A stretch of DNA of 61,435 nt, filler included, from Collodictyon triciliatum (Eukaryota): the NCBI GenBank assembly GCA_043381765.1. It is 9 parts of 9 records of this genome, joined end to end, with 100 filler letters (N's around TTAATTAATTAA, not from the genome) between each part and the next. Parts side by side here need not be neighbours in the genome. Positions count along the whole stretch, not along the records: positions 41,027 to 47,764 come from JBHJMP010004280.1; positions 47,865 to 54,600 come from JBHJMP010004281.1; 7 more parts are not named here. One strand, given 5' to 3'. The position numbers and the translations under genes are program-made. Below are positions 41,192 to 54,100 of this stretch, piece after piece; within the stretch, counting starts at the first letter, position 1, and each line of letters opens with the position of its first letter. The notes beneath the pieces were generated by a model, which had not been told where the DNA came from, searched no databases, and saw nothing but the letters and a program-made list of their open reading frames with translations.

Positions 41192-44100
41192 ATGGATTTG
41201 GAGCCGCTTTTCTTTCGTCTTCACAGCCGACTTCTCTCGAGTTACACGAGGCTTGTGTCCCACAAATACCGCAGAATGGTCGAGCGAATGGTGTTAGTTC
41301 AAGGCGTCTGCCTTTTGTTGCTCCTGTTTGTGCTACACATGCGCTTCGTTGTGGAGGTTTTCATTTTCACTTCTTTGTCTGAAAGTATGGTATACATATT
41401 TGGCTACCTTTGATGATGTAAGAATAATTGTTTATATTGTAATTTTATTTTATCTCTCTTCATTTCATTCCATCCTGCACAAAATTGAAAGGAAGAATAA
41501 AAAAAAATCTCTCTTCATTTCATTCGTTCATTACGCTCTCAAAAATTAAACCTATTCCTTTATTTAATATAATTTTTTTTAGCCTGGTTGTGCGACTATA
41601 TTATCCAAATTTGACTCTGAAGAAGTAGATGTATACCAAGTTCAGGTACTATTACAAATAAATGGCCAATATTTTTATTCCTCACACTTATTCATCTCAA
41701 AAATACCAATAATTATACATAAAACTTTTCACTGTGTTTCGAATATCTTTACCCATCTTTCCTTTCTTTTTTTTTTGATGCACTTGGGAGTTCAGACTCT
41801 TTTTTACACTAGTACTCAGTTTTTTTCTTTAACATTTTGAACGAATGCATTTAATCTAAGATTCAAGCTCTTTGGCTGAAAATGAAGCGATCTATCAGAA
41901 AGGAACTGGAGCTCGTTCACACTTTGCAGAGTCAGATTGCTTCATATGAATCGGTACGCTTCAAGCTTTTTTTGAAGTTTTAAATCAATATGTTAAGTGT
42001 TTAATTAATTTGTATTAATGTAATATAATTTACTTTCCATACACTTGGATAGCCTCTGTCCTTACAGGACAAAACATTCTATGAAGACAAAGACGGTTTT
42101 TCATCGGGTGAATTTTTGAATCATCATATACCACATACTCAAATCATACATAACTGATTGCCGTTTTCCCTACTGCGCATCATTTTTCGTTAATGTGAAG
42201 TCTAATGAAGCATATATAAAAAATATCAGCATATTCCTCCTTTTACATGTGAGGAGAGTTCATCCCTGACCACTTTTTTATGATTATTATTATGTATGTT
42301 CATGGATATTCGTAGGCAATCAACCGGATTGGCTCAATGATCCACTTTACATTTACTCCAGAGAAAAAGGATTCTTAGAATTAAATCACCACATCAGAAG
42401 ATCACACGAAATCTTAACTGCGAATTTGACCCTGACCTCACATAATGAATGTCTCGGTGGGCCGTAAGAAATTTGTTTTCAATATCGATTGGTCAGGGTC
42501 AAGTAATGCTATACCAACCGACTCACTCATCATAGGCTCCTCCAGGCTCTTATTGAAATTTTTGTAGGATATGGTATGATTTCAACCTCGCAGAAAAAAA
42601 GCCCCCTCGAACTAACTTACGATATGAATTGAAGAGCAAAGTCAAGGATAGTGTCATCTTGATGATACGGAACCCTCTCTTAAGAATTTTTTTCTTTTTA
42701 ACACATTTCCTGTAGATACTATCATTTTGAATGCTTTCACTCAACACACGAAAGGAGTTGGATATGTTTTAAATCTGCATATATATGAGTTCTTTGATCT
42801 GTCACATCGATATACTACCACGGTATATGAAGGGCCAGCTGGTTCGTTTCTTTTACACATTTATATTATTCATTCCCAAAATTTTATCTTAAAGAAACTA
42901 ACAGCGAATGGTGCACATATTATAAATTCTGCTGGTTTTTTTATCTAAGGGTTTGCTAACATCCGGCATTACACTCCTTATCTTTAAGACTTTGTTGTTC
43001 AGAAAATCGGAATCATCATAACATCGTTGTTTTTGTTTTTCACCGCATCGACTTTGGTGTCCCTTTGCCTAAGAGAAGCGCAATTTAGAGTGTTCCAATT
43101 CACATGTACTCGAAACTGATATCATCTAATCATCCACTCCATCAATGTTGTAGTGTTTAACAATCGTGTCAATATTTTCGATTCTTCAATGTCTATTCCT
43201 GCTTAGATTGCTTTGAATCGAATAAAGGAAAAAAAAATTCCTGCTTAGATTGCTGATAAATGACAATAATTCTATTCGTTCAATCCCTGTCTTTATCGAT
43301 TCCATGTTTCAAGTATAAATACCCAATTAAACTGTTTTTTTCTCCGTTTTTATATATAGTTCAGCTCCAATATTTCACCAGACATCGTCTTCCGTGTGGG
43401 CGATTAATCATGTCTCACATTGTGAAGTCCTTGGTCTTTGTTTTGGTGTGCTTTTCTTGGAAATAAATGAATCAAATTTGAAGTAAAGTGTCTTCAACTA
43501 CCAGCTCATCCCTTCCTGTACCATAGAACGATATAATGAATGATTTTTTTTATATCCTCCGCCAGGTTTTGATAGGCATTCTGTTTTTCTTCGCCGAGTT
43601 TCTCGAAGACCAAGTCCTTGCTATCATGCTGCTGGCAAATTGTTGGGTCTGCGAGCTATTTTCCATAATCTGGTTGGCGATTATTAATTAATAATTGTAT
43701 ACTATGCTTCTTTTATGTTAATTGTTTCATTTCAGTATGCCTTAATAATCCTTTTTTTCTTCTAGTATTCACTAACTTGCACATTATCTATTTCACAAAT
43801 AATGATAATTAAATATCGCGTGTCGTTAATAGTGTCCGAACAGAATCTTCAGTGCGCTTCTTTCCTCGCTTTTTCTTGCTCTACTTCTTGCTCTTTCACA
43901 TATACTACTTTTCGTTTCCTTTTGGCTTTACATACTTGGCCTTCATTACAATGGGCGTGTTTGTGCAGCATTCTGTCCTCTACTTTACCAACCACCACGA
44001 AATCCCGGCGCTCCACTATGGCCTCATCTCGCAAGATACACCACGATTTCCTTTCACAGAATATGCGGCCCACCCAGACCAGCACCAACAACAGCACCAC

Positions 44101-44244
44101 CAAAGTGGACATCAGAGTCAAAATCGCCAACAAGAACTCGAATCGGAGCAAAACACCCCGCGAAATCCGCCTCCGTTGTCCTTTGATGACACGAGGTCCT
44201 TTGGAGAGCGTATCCACGGCTCCCAGATTCCGAATATGTGGTGA
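41192..44244 (+). CDS. TMEM259: Membralin (TMEM259), multi-exon
   Basis: MDLEPLFFRLHSRL...LHMRFVVEPGC, DPLYIYSREKGFLEL, FVGYDTIILN, SLFLFFTASTLVSLCLREAQ, IGILFFFAEFLEDQ, RFFPRFFLLYFLLFHIYYFSFPFGF and HEIPAL are membralin-family motifs. Confidence 0.92.
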
Positions 44245-44425
44245 TACCCAAGCGGCGTAATATACACAGTAGCGTCAACACCACTTTATTTTCTACATGT
44301 ATCCTTTTCACTTTTTCTCTTAAAAAAAAAAAGAAGAAGCTTCGTCTGGCTCCAGTATAAACCGATGTCTTTTCTTTACATTCTTTTACATGCTTTTTCT
44401 TGGTTTATGATATCTAGCGTGTTTA

Positions 44426-44795
44426 TTATATAGAAAACTTGAGTTTCCATTGTTGCAACTGTGTTTTGAAGTCTGCACACAGTTTGGTGATGAGTTTCCA
44501 CATCCCAATTTGCCAAAACCCTTTCGGCTGCATGAACATGTCCGCCCACCACTTCATGGTCAGTGATATCCATGCGGTTTTGGGTGTGATGAGTCCAACG
44601 CCTCCTTCTGTGGGTGGCTTAATAAGTGTTTTGATTTTGTATTGCTGTCTCTTTGTTGTGGTGAAGGTGCGGCATATGCTCTCCAGTGTGTCGAGATGCT
44701 TTTGTGGTAGGTGAGAGCCCTTCATGTTGTGGATGAGGGTCGATAGCATGAGTTGGTTCCATAGCCTCGCTTTTCCGATGTCTGACAGATGGTAT
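44426..44795 (-). mobile_element. L1/Tx1-like non-LTR retrotransposon ORF2 fragment (post-RT region)
   Basis: HLSDIGKARLWNQLMLSTLIH...LIKPPTEGGVGLITP..AW..LTMKWW matches the LS-x2-GK-x2-L-xN and P-x2-EGGLG...KW motifs that follow the RT core in L1/Tx1 elements. Confidence 0.82.
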
Positions 44796-44864
44796 CTATA
44801 AAAAGGATCATATGATGATTAATTAATCAAAATAAAGCTATTTAATAAAACGAAAATGTCTCAC

Positions 44865-47689
44865 CTGTATCCTAAGCCAGCCATAACTATCCCAACTTTC
44901 TTCATGTTCATGGTCTCGTAATAACGAATGAAAAATGATTGGGCAACATCCTTTCATCACCTTCGGTCAACTTTGTGGCAGGTATGGGCTCCAACCCACT
45001 TTTCTTATAAGGATTATGATAGATTTATTTAACTTCCCAAATCATGTTTACCAACAATATAAAAATATCCGAAAATTAAATAAACCCTAAATACCGTGCA
45101 AGACTCATGGGTATCAATGGTGGACACAACCACGGTAAGTTTTGATGGTGTTCTACAGGCAACCAGGTCAGCAGATGTGAGGCTTTCTTGAAACTAGTGA
45201 ATTTGAGTGGTGGCATCGATGAGATATCCACACTTCTCGTCTTTATAAAAAGTATTTCATATTCCCCATTTACCCTTTATTCATTTCAAGGTATTTAATT
45301 CCCACTTAATCATGAAAAAAATAAACAAGGAAGATTTAAAATTCATACAAGTATTACTTGTTTCACTCCGGAATCATTTTAAGAGAGCCTAAAGTCCCAT
45401 TTATATAGTCTGGAGGAAATTAAAGTAAAATTATAGTAAAATACGATCTTTCAAATTAAAAATAGAAAGTATAGCCAAATTAACATTCTAATCACCCGTC
45501 TCCAGCTTCGTTCGTCCAATAAAGTTGACAGAGTTTGTGACCAAAGTCCATAAGCGATTCGAAGCACTAAATAATAAGTTTGAATCAAAAACCATATATC
45601 ATTTAATAAAACTTTTTTAAATTTAATAAATGAAAGTAACTAATTTTTTCCCGCAGTTGTTGAGATAGGTGCATCCGACAAAATGGAAAAGTCATTAAGC
45701 TTAGAATGTTTCACTACTTCAAGGTCACTTGCTGTAGCAACTATGAGCGATGACTTTCCAACCCCTAGACTCGGCAGCAAGAACGGTTATTTTGGACTTC
45801 TTCACATTGAGCTGATTCATATACTGGTAAAATGATTGGTAGAAAATAAAAAGATATTTTTGGTCATTTTGATTACTCATTCTTCATTTCAACTTACTTG
45901 TCCCGTGATGGTCTTGAGAAGCTCCTTTCTTCCGCCAAACCCAGACAGTCTATGCATCTCGAACTGGTGCTGCGCTTGGTTTTTTGGGTCATCAACTAAC
46001 GGTTAGTTATTTGAACAAAATATAGATGTAATATGTATCTATAATCAATATTGAAATTTGTAAAAACAATTAAAAACTATCCACTATTCCCAAAGTCACG
46101 CTCGATGGTGTAGATGAGATGATAAGTCACAAAGTCCGAATAATCCTTCGCACCTTGGTATAAAACATGCCCGAACTTGGCCTTGACGTTCCCTTTGAGC
46201 TCCTCCTGCTTTTTACGCTAAAATATGATAAATTTTAATTGAATTAATTTTATCATTATATGATTACCAGAAAATATAAGCATCATAAATTCTATCGATT
46301 CTTTACATCTTCTTTGCTTTCAACTTTGGATAGCTTTCTTTCTTCATCGCTCTAAGCTTGTTGGACGGCATAGTGCACATCAAGGAGATAAAATAAGGCA
46401 AAACTCCATGCTGGTTTGCCAATAAGATGTAAGTGTTGAATCGTAGCATGTTTTTTGATTAGGATAATGATTTAATTTTTAAAATTATTCATGATAAGAA
46501 AATAAAAATCATTGTTTTGATTTAACCTCGTATTCAGCCACACTCAATCCGTAATTAGGTTATGAGAGGGAATGGGCCATTGGTTTTGCTGCGCCATTCC
46601 ACCAGCATCCTTCATGGCAGCATCGGCTTGGTTTTCAGTATTTCATCAAGGCGGGCTTGTTTGTTCAGCTCGGGTTTGCTTTGGTCAGTAATTCAGCTTA
46701 TAAACACACCGAGAGAGCACACAAAGTATGGGTATTTTCCGATGGAGTCCAAACAGCAAATCGCTGCCTTGGAATGCAATAAGAAGAAATTGAAGTTTAT
46801 TATTTTATGAAATGCTACATATTCTTAAAATATTCAAAATATAGTATTTATAATATTGTGATTACCCATCCCTCACTACTGTCCACAGATGTCAGTCTCC
46901 AGTGCAAGTCAATAAAGACAAGGTCCAGTCCCTTCGATTTTGCAAGCCCCTTCAATCTTATATTAAGATAAAACTGTTAGAAAAATAAAAGTATCAAATT
47001 ATCAATCATGTTTTCATTATTATAAAAATATATTTTACTAACTCAGGGGCTCCATTCTTGAAGAACTCGTCTCTTTCTTGCTGCATGTCACGGAAAGTCG
47101 AGGAAAGGAAAACACGGATGACACGCTCATCAAAGACAATGAGTGGCAATGGTGTCGATGTCACGTATATTTGTGGAGCCGGATTCCACTTCTTGTATTG
47201 CCTCTCATTCAGGTCTTCACGAGCAAGATTCGTCTGATTTGAAATGGAGATCATATTTCACAAAATGGAATGTATTTGTATATTTTATTCATTTTTAATT
47301 AATTATTAATTGACTTGTCAAGAAGTATGCAAGTGCGGATGAGCGCGATAGAGCCTTTTTTCTTCCAAACCAAGACCTGCACCAATATTTAAATTTAATT
47401 TAGTTGATTTATTGATATCAAATAAATTAATAATAAAATAGTCATAAAAAAAGATAAATCGAATCTGAACCATGAAACGGAAATGGGGGCTTTGCTCTTT
47501 CGTAGAGTTTCTTGGCAATATCGTACCTCTCACGGCATTTTTTCTACAATTTTTAAGGATTGGAAACTATATTCCATCATTGTTCAAAAAACAAATAAAA
47601 AAATTAAAAGATGGTTTTTATAACCCCAAGACTTCCCAAATGGCCAACATTTTGTCCAATTAGATATCGAATGATTGCATGGAGCAAAT
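44865..47689 (-). pseudogene. DUF4062-NACHT pseudogene, paralog of the 37929-40776 gene
   Basis: RVIRVFLSSTFRDMQQERD, FIDLHW and CLDSI.KYPYFVCSLG (DUF4062); FGGRKELL; Walker A AES-GVGKSSL broken by a +1 frameshift (about 45765). In-frame stops at 46693-46695 and 46352-46354. Shares STIDTHESC and intron positions with the other copy. Confidence 0.85.
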
Positions 47690-47864
47690 CTGCAAGAATA
47701 TTTATATGTCACTCGCTCATACAAAATAAATCGATTATATATGAAAAAATCCAAAAATAGTTCTNNNNNNNNNNNNNNNNNNNNNNNNNNNNNNNNNNNN
47801 NNNNNNNNTTAATTAATTAANNNNNNNNNNNNNNNNNNNNNNNNNNNNNNNNNNNNNNNNNNNN

Positions 47865-49156
47865 ATGACCTCTAAGGAGGCAGGCGGGTGTGGTTTGCTG
47901 GGTGCCATTATGCTGTTTCCCGATTCTGTTACCGAGTTGGCTTGGGCTTCCCTTTCCTCGGCGTCCTTTTAATTTTTTAAAGGTGAGCTTGGTGAGATAT
48001 TATCGGCTTGAGGAGGTTGGCAATCTTGGAGGCATGCGATGTTTCCTCCACTTCCTTGAAGCCATTCCACGATTGATATTGCTTTCTCTATGTTCATTGG
48101 CGAACTTGATGCACTTTCGGGAAAATTTCCTGGTGTTTCGTCCATCATTTCGATATCCATTTCTTGATTTTGGGGCCGCTCCTGAACCTTTGTCTTGATT
48201 GAGACTTCGAGCACTTCATCCATGGGTGTCTTGTCACGATTTCTCCCTCTGGCATTAGAAGACGAAACGCCTTGCCTTTGGCCTTGTTTGTGGGCTCTGG
48301 GCTTGTTTTGCACAGACGATTCCTGCGCGTTTGGCCAGTCTTTAGCGCTGAAGTCGGGTATTTTTGTGTTGAAGCCTGAGAAGCGAGTGGCGGCGTTTTG
48401 TTTGTTGGTGGCCGCTTGATTGGTGGAAATCGGCTTGGCAGTAGCAGTTCTTCTTTGTGGTTTGACCTTTTGTGTCATTCCCTTCTTTGTTGGGGAGAGT
48501 TGATGGGATGTCAGACTCTTTGAGGGCGCGTATCTCCACGCGACAGCGCCTACCATGAATGACGACAAAGGTAGGTATTTTCCCCATTTCTTCCTGTTCT
48601 TTGTCATAAGTAACGAGTGCATCATTCATGCATATTCCTCCAGGCTTTGTCCAGTTGACTTTGATTGGGTGAAGTATTCGCTGCAGGATTCGAAAATGTC
48701 AGTCCAGTTTACCTCCAGCGGTATGTTAGACAGGTGCGCAACCTTTGTGACAGTTTTTGCTGGCATGGGGGTATAAAGGTGGTTGAGGAGCTTAAACGAC
48801 CCCTCCTTAATGAAGGCAGCCGCGTTTTCTCTTCTTATGAAGGCGATTCTGAGTCCGAGGGCAGGGCTGTCCACCATAAGTGTACGTCCTTCTCGTAGCA
48901 CTTTCGGGCTTCCATTACAGCACGTAGTTGCTTGCACATATTACTACGGTTTGCGAAAGAGAGAACAGGCCATTGCTTGCCCCGAAGGCGGACAAAGCAG
49001 TCGTCGTCTATGAAGAGTTCGTTCTCAATCACACTTTTATAATTGTGGTACGTCAGCCACGAATGATCGATCGGGAGGTTCTATTTCCCGAAGCAAGCTC
49101 GACGATGCACGAGGCTGACTGGCGCCGGCGTCGCGCCTGGTCTGACTGAAGTCCAT
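47865..49156 (-). mobile_element. L1/Tx1-like element 5' part: decayed ORF1 and possible start of APE endonuclease
   Basis: Intronless GC-richer block with frameshifts. Contains RRM-like VAHLSNIPLEV and IPTFVVIHGRRCRV, a basic low-complexity tail, then IVEWLQ...NIACLQD resembling the APE IxCLQE motif. Runs off the segment end. Confidence 0.6.
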
Positions 49157-50503
49157 CGATGGTTGAATTAAACCAGCTGAGATCGAAGATCATACAAAGC
49201 CAACAATGCACTAGCCATGGCATATAATGAAATAACGTTTTGTATGAATATATTAAAAATGTATGATGTGCTTATTTGGTTCAAATGTATTAATCTTGCA
49301 CGATACCTGAATCATCACTTTACAACAATATGTCATAGATGTAAGATAGTCTTGCACTGTTGGTATTATTTATCGTATGCATGCTTATGAAAGCAATCAA
49401 ATATTTATTTCATAATTACAAAAGAGTTACTAACAATATTGGCAATAACATGTTCAAATTGATTTTTTACGATATTTTTTTAATTTTTGATTGATGCGAT
49501 TAATTTTTCATGAAAAAGTATATCGATATGTTGATTGTAACATGTTGCTTATATACAGTATTCAAGTCCGAGTGGGTATTAAAAAGGTAAATCAGATTAT
49601 ACATCTATAAAATCCTCGATAAAAAGAAACCAAGCTATCCATACAGTGAGCACCCCTCCAAAAAGTCATATGAGTTGGATGTCTATTAAAAATTTTCATG
49701 TGACTGTGTTTATACATATTGAACACAATATTTAGTTATTAAGCTATTCACCATTATAAACTTCAACATCTGCATTAATCAAGAAAAAAAACCTTCAAAA
49801 TTAGCCTGTTTAGAGGTTATGCCCGCAGGGAAAACCTTTTCTACGGATTTATTTTCTCGATATAATACTGTAGAAAAACACCAAATAAAATCGCGCATTA
49901 ATATATATATTGGTAGACAAATGGATGGATAATAGCGTCAAACAAATATGAGCTCTATGACCTAAAAACAAGAGTTAAAAAAGAAATACAAGTGATTAGC
50001 GAAGAAGCGAAGCATATCAGACGTGTTTTTTTGGAGATTGCAAAGCAAAAGCAGAGTCAATTTCTTATTTTTTGCTTTATTGTTATTTGCCCAGTCGCGT
50101 TGCACACAAATATTTATGATACAAAAAAGTAGAAAGTAAAAAAAAATGGTATGTGTTTCCAGAAGCTTTAGATTTATGAATATAACAGAACTGTGTTCAA
50201 TCCGTCTTGATGGAGCACACGACTGAATGGATGCCACTGAATGCTACCTATCACTGGACATATACCATAAGACATAATGTTGTTTTGGATATACACTACT
50301 AGGCGGGGTGGCATAACATTCGACCCATGCTCGTTCATTATTTTTTCACATGCCGAAGTCAAGCCAAAACAAAATAATATGGTCGATATCATACAGAGTG
50401 GACCATTTGCTTTTTTTTATATTTTTTGTTATGGTATGGTTTGCATTTATTTTGTTTTGGTAATGTTTTCGGCTGCTTAATGTCATCTCATCAATAGAGA
50501 GCT

Positions 50504-51124
50504 ATGGATAGGCACACGCGCGACAAAAGCTGGCAAAGTCTCGCAACAATGCATATGAGCAGCAACAGTGGTGAATCCATTGAGCACACATTTGTGCAAT
50601 GTCCCGTCGCTCAAAACCTGTGCGAAACAGCCGGTGAGATTCTTCGACTGACACTCAAGACGGCTGCGGCTGTTGGCTCAATCCAGGCAATGTTTGGGCC
50701 TCTGTAACAACTGCGTCCAGATGCGAAAACATTCTGGGCAGTGACGCGAGGCCATTTGCTATGGACTATGTGTATAGCGCGCATATACTCACGTAAGGCA
50801 AGATTCAACAACCAGCCACCCATTCCTGATAGCAGGATGGATGACATCAAACAAATCTCTTTCCTCAATAGCTTTCTTCGCCACCTGCACGTTCTTTATT
50901 ACTCCGACCCTTTGAGAAGAGACACGTGGAAAGAAGCTGAGAAAGAGATTCAACCTCGCCTTGTATTTCTCATGCAAGCACAAGACCCAGAACACAGGCC
51001 AAACCGCAGGATGCAATTCCTGATTATCAACTACTTAGCCACCCGGCCACCAGGTAGCGTTAGTGCAAAAGAAGGCTGGCACCTTGGAGACAGGAACTCC
51101 ATCTCCATACACAAAGAAAAATAA
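50504..51124 (+). mobile_element. L1/Tx1-like element ORF2 3' end (zf-RVT-type cysteine motif), 5' truncated
   Basis: ESIEHTFVQCPVAQ (ExxxHxFxxC) followed by LLWTMCIAR..RF; one in-frame stop at about 50705. Confidence 0.75.
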
Positions 51125-54100
51125 ACAGGATAAAAATGGCAAAGAATGACCCAGTAAGATGGGTTTAGAAGCAAAGTAAATTGGCTTTGAATTCGACTTT
51201 GTGGAAAAATAAGTTAATCGAACGCGATGGATTCTTTGAACGATGCATTTAAACAAAGCTTTGCATCAAATGGTGGAACGAGTTTACTCAGGAAATAGGT
51301 TTTAGTGCGTCAGCACAGTTCATATACATATATTTATCACGGGCAAAAGGCATTCAATCAAACAAAAAAAAAATCAAGTACAGCATTATATCCAAATGGA
51401 AAGTTCTTTTTTTTTTTAAATAAAATTAGCGACTTTCACATGTTGCGTCTACTAGTTACGCATTTATCGTCTGATTTAAATCAGTCGCGACACTTGGACT
51501 TTGCCGGAAGCTAGGCCTCGCATTGAATCCAAGTCAGGGCCTTTGGTAGTTACAGCTTTTAAGGATTGTATGTAGAAGCTCGACCCACAATAGATATATT
51601 TAGATGAGTCATGAGTTTTGTTTCTATACTACACCGACCTGCATGTGAATCAAAAACGCGTTCGTGCTTTCAACCAAGGCGCAAAAACTAGGGCGGGCTG
51701 TAGAATCATAATAAAACACTTTCTTTAAACAAAATATAAAAGGAAAAATCAATTTGCCACATTGACCTCAACGACAGTGTGAGATCAGTAACTTAAAAAA
51801 AATTCTTAACAGTGATCTAATAAATTATTATTTTTACAGAATATCCAATAATATCATATATTTCTTTTGAAAAGTTTAAAAAAAAGTAATATTATAGCAT
51901 AAACCTTTTGCTTTGTGTTGGATTTTGTAAGCCATTATAATAAGTAAAGATACTCGAAAGGCCCGCGTCAATTAACCCCGCATCAAATATCAGCCTTTTC
52001 AAAAAAAACATACATTAAAAAAGAAACGGTATTCATCTTCGGTGATGTGTTTGATCAATAAACTATTGAAAAAAAGAAAGAAAAGAAGTAAAAAGTAACA
52101 AGCTAGCAAACTAGACTTTGGATTCCAATAGCGATATGTGCCAGCAGTGCTTTCAAGAGCAACAACAATCAGTGAAATATATCAAAGTGCTTTGATTTAC
52201 TGGTTTTTTAGATCGCGGACTGCATTCCCTTTTCATCAGATATATGATTGGATATTGTCGATATGTGGGCTCATTTGATGCGCACGATGTGCTTTTCTCT
52301 TCAACTAATACAATGCAATGTTCTGGTGTTTTTGTGTTTTGATATATGAATGTGAAAGTTAATGATAATGTACTTTCCATAGGTACGCTTTTTATTATGT
52401 GCAGTTGTAATATTTCCCTTCTGTTCAAAGGCCGTTACTAAACAAAAAAAGAATCGACTAAGAATTGATAATGTGACCGAAGTGATAGATTGGTTGCAGT
52501 ATTGGATATCATATCTATTCCAAGCTATTCACTTTGAAGACAATCACTAACCCGCTTATTCAGATATCCAAGACACTAGCCCCATTTTTTCCCCTTTGCT
52601 CCGTCCATCACTTTCCTATGATTTTTTGCTTTGGATTTTTCTGCGCGACTAGAGTTTGTAATAAGAAAACTAAATTTACTTATGTCTTTTCTTTTTCTTC
52701 CAAACTCCGACTCATTTTCGATGTAAACAAACCAAAAAAAAAAAAAAAACCGGCTCACTTGTGTATAAACAGATCACTCAACCAACACATTTCCACCAAC
52801 GAAAGCACACAGACAGCCAAGAAAAAAAAGCCAAAGACCAGCACAATACAACTGATCTATCGAATCCCTTTTGCGTGGACACTCATTATTTTTAACAAAA
52901 CAAAAAAAAAAACCACCGATCAACATAAGGTCAAGCAAACTGAATAATACAACATGAAAACATACCTTTATTTTCTTTTTTTTTTACAAAAAGCGGAGGT
53001 TTATACCCAAGCAAGTCTTTTACCTATGTCAGAAAGTCAGAAGACTTTATCGAGAAGAATAGGGTAGTCTATCAAAAGCTGGCAAAAAAAAAAAGAAACA
53101 AGAACGGGCCAAAGATGAGTCCCTTCAACAAAACTTCATGTGATTGGCTCTAGTCTTGCCCAGCATAACCCCTGTGTTATGTTGCGCACGAACCGACCAA
53201 AACTCAAAACCCATGAAAACTTATCTACATACCCAAAGAACAATAAATTCGACTATTCCTCCTTCCTGCGGAGGTTATAGGGCCCTTATCATTACAACTA
53301 TTCGCGAGCCAAGGAGAGCTGGCATCTTCCGGATTTCCGAGCCTTTCTGTTGCAAAACATTGTTGGCCACGCATTCACACTATATGAAATACCTTAGATT
53401 CTTTTTTTATTTTTTTATCGAAGCTTTAGCTGACTATTCAATTCGCTGTTACTAAGAATTTTAAGTGAATTCTATTCCAATCTCATGCAGTTTGTGATGC
53501 TTTCTAGGAGCTTCGGGGCGATTGACTCTCTGGTTGCTCTGCCCACAGTAAGATCACTTTGATGGAGATCCTTCAAACGTAGACTTTAAGAACGTCTCTT
53601 AGATATTGGATTATCTTTCAGGTTGGTTTTTGATCTGCTTGCTTTTCTCTTCTCAACTCGACCTTTATCATGGGATTCGCCTATTGATGGAAAAAATAAA
53701 TCCCTCGTTTATACATATTTTCCTTTATTCGATACAAGTGAATGAAGGGGGGTTTAAGAAATTTTACAGGACGCCGTAGTTGTTGCATGTTGGTTGAAAG
53801 CAGTGACATGTGTCGGTTAAGGGGTTCAGGCCAGCAGCGTGTGGAATCTGGATTTGTGGCTCGTTAATATACAACCGATAGGGTCGAGAATAGTTGCAAC
53901 CTTCAAGAGGTGCGACTACCAAGGGCTATGACTTCAATTTGATCAGAGGCCAAATTCTCCCTGGAGCGAAAGTGCACGCGACTACCCTGCTCTCCTTTCC
54001 GATCATGTTCCTTTATATTCGTTCATTCTATTCGACTCCAAATTCAATACCCTTGACTTATATATGTCTAATATTTAACAGAGAACATACAACAGCCGGC

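Noticed and set aside
44299-44308. GTATCCTTTT U12-type 5' splice site
   Set aside because: It lies after the membralin stop with no supported downstream exon.
46352-46695. Stop-codon reassignment (TGA near an expected Trp)
   Set aside because: TGA, TAA and TAG all terminate intact genes here, and the same copy has frameshifts, so decay is the simpler explanation.
37929-47689. Tandem cluster of two NACHT genes flanking membralin
   Set aside because: The spacer at 40927-41026 separates independent scaffolds, so linkage is unsupported.
44426-49156. One LINE split by, or capturing, the NACHT pseudogene
   Set aside because: Same strand and right order, but the spacer at 47765-47864 lies between the pieces.
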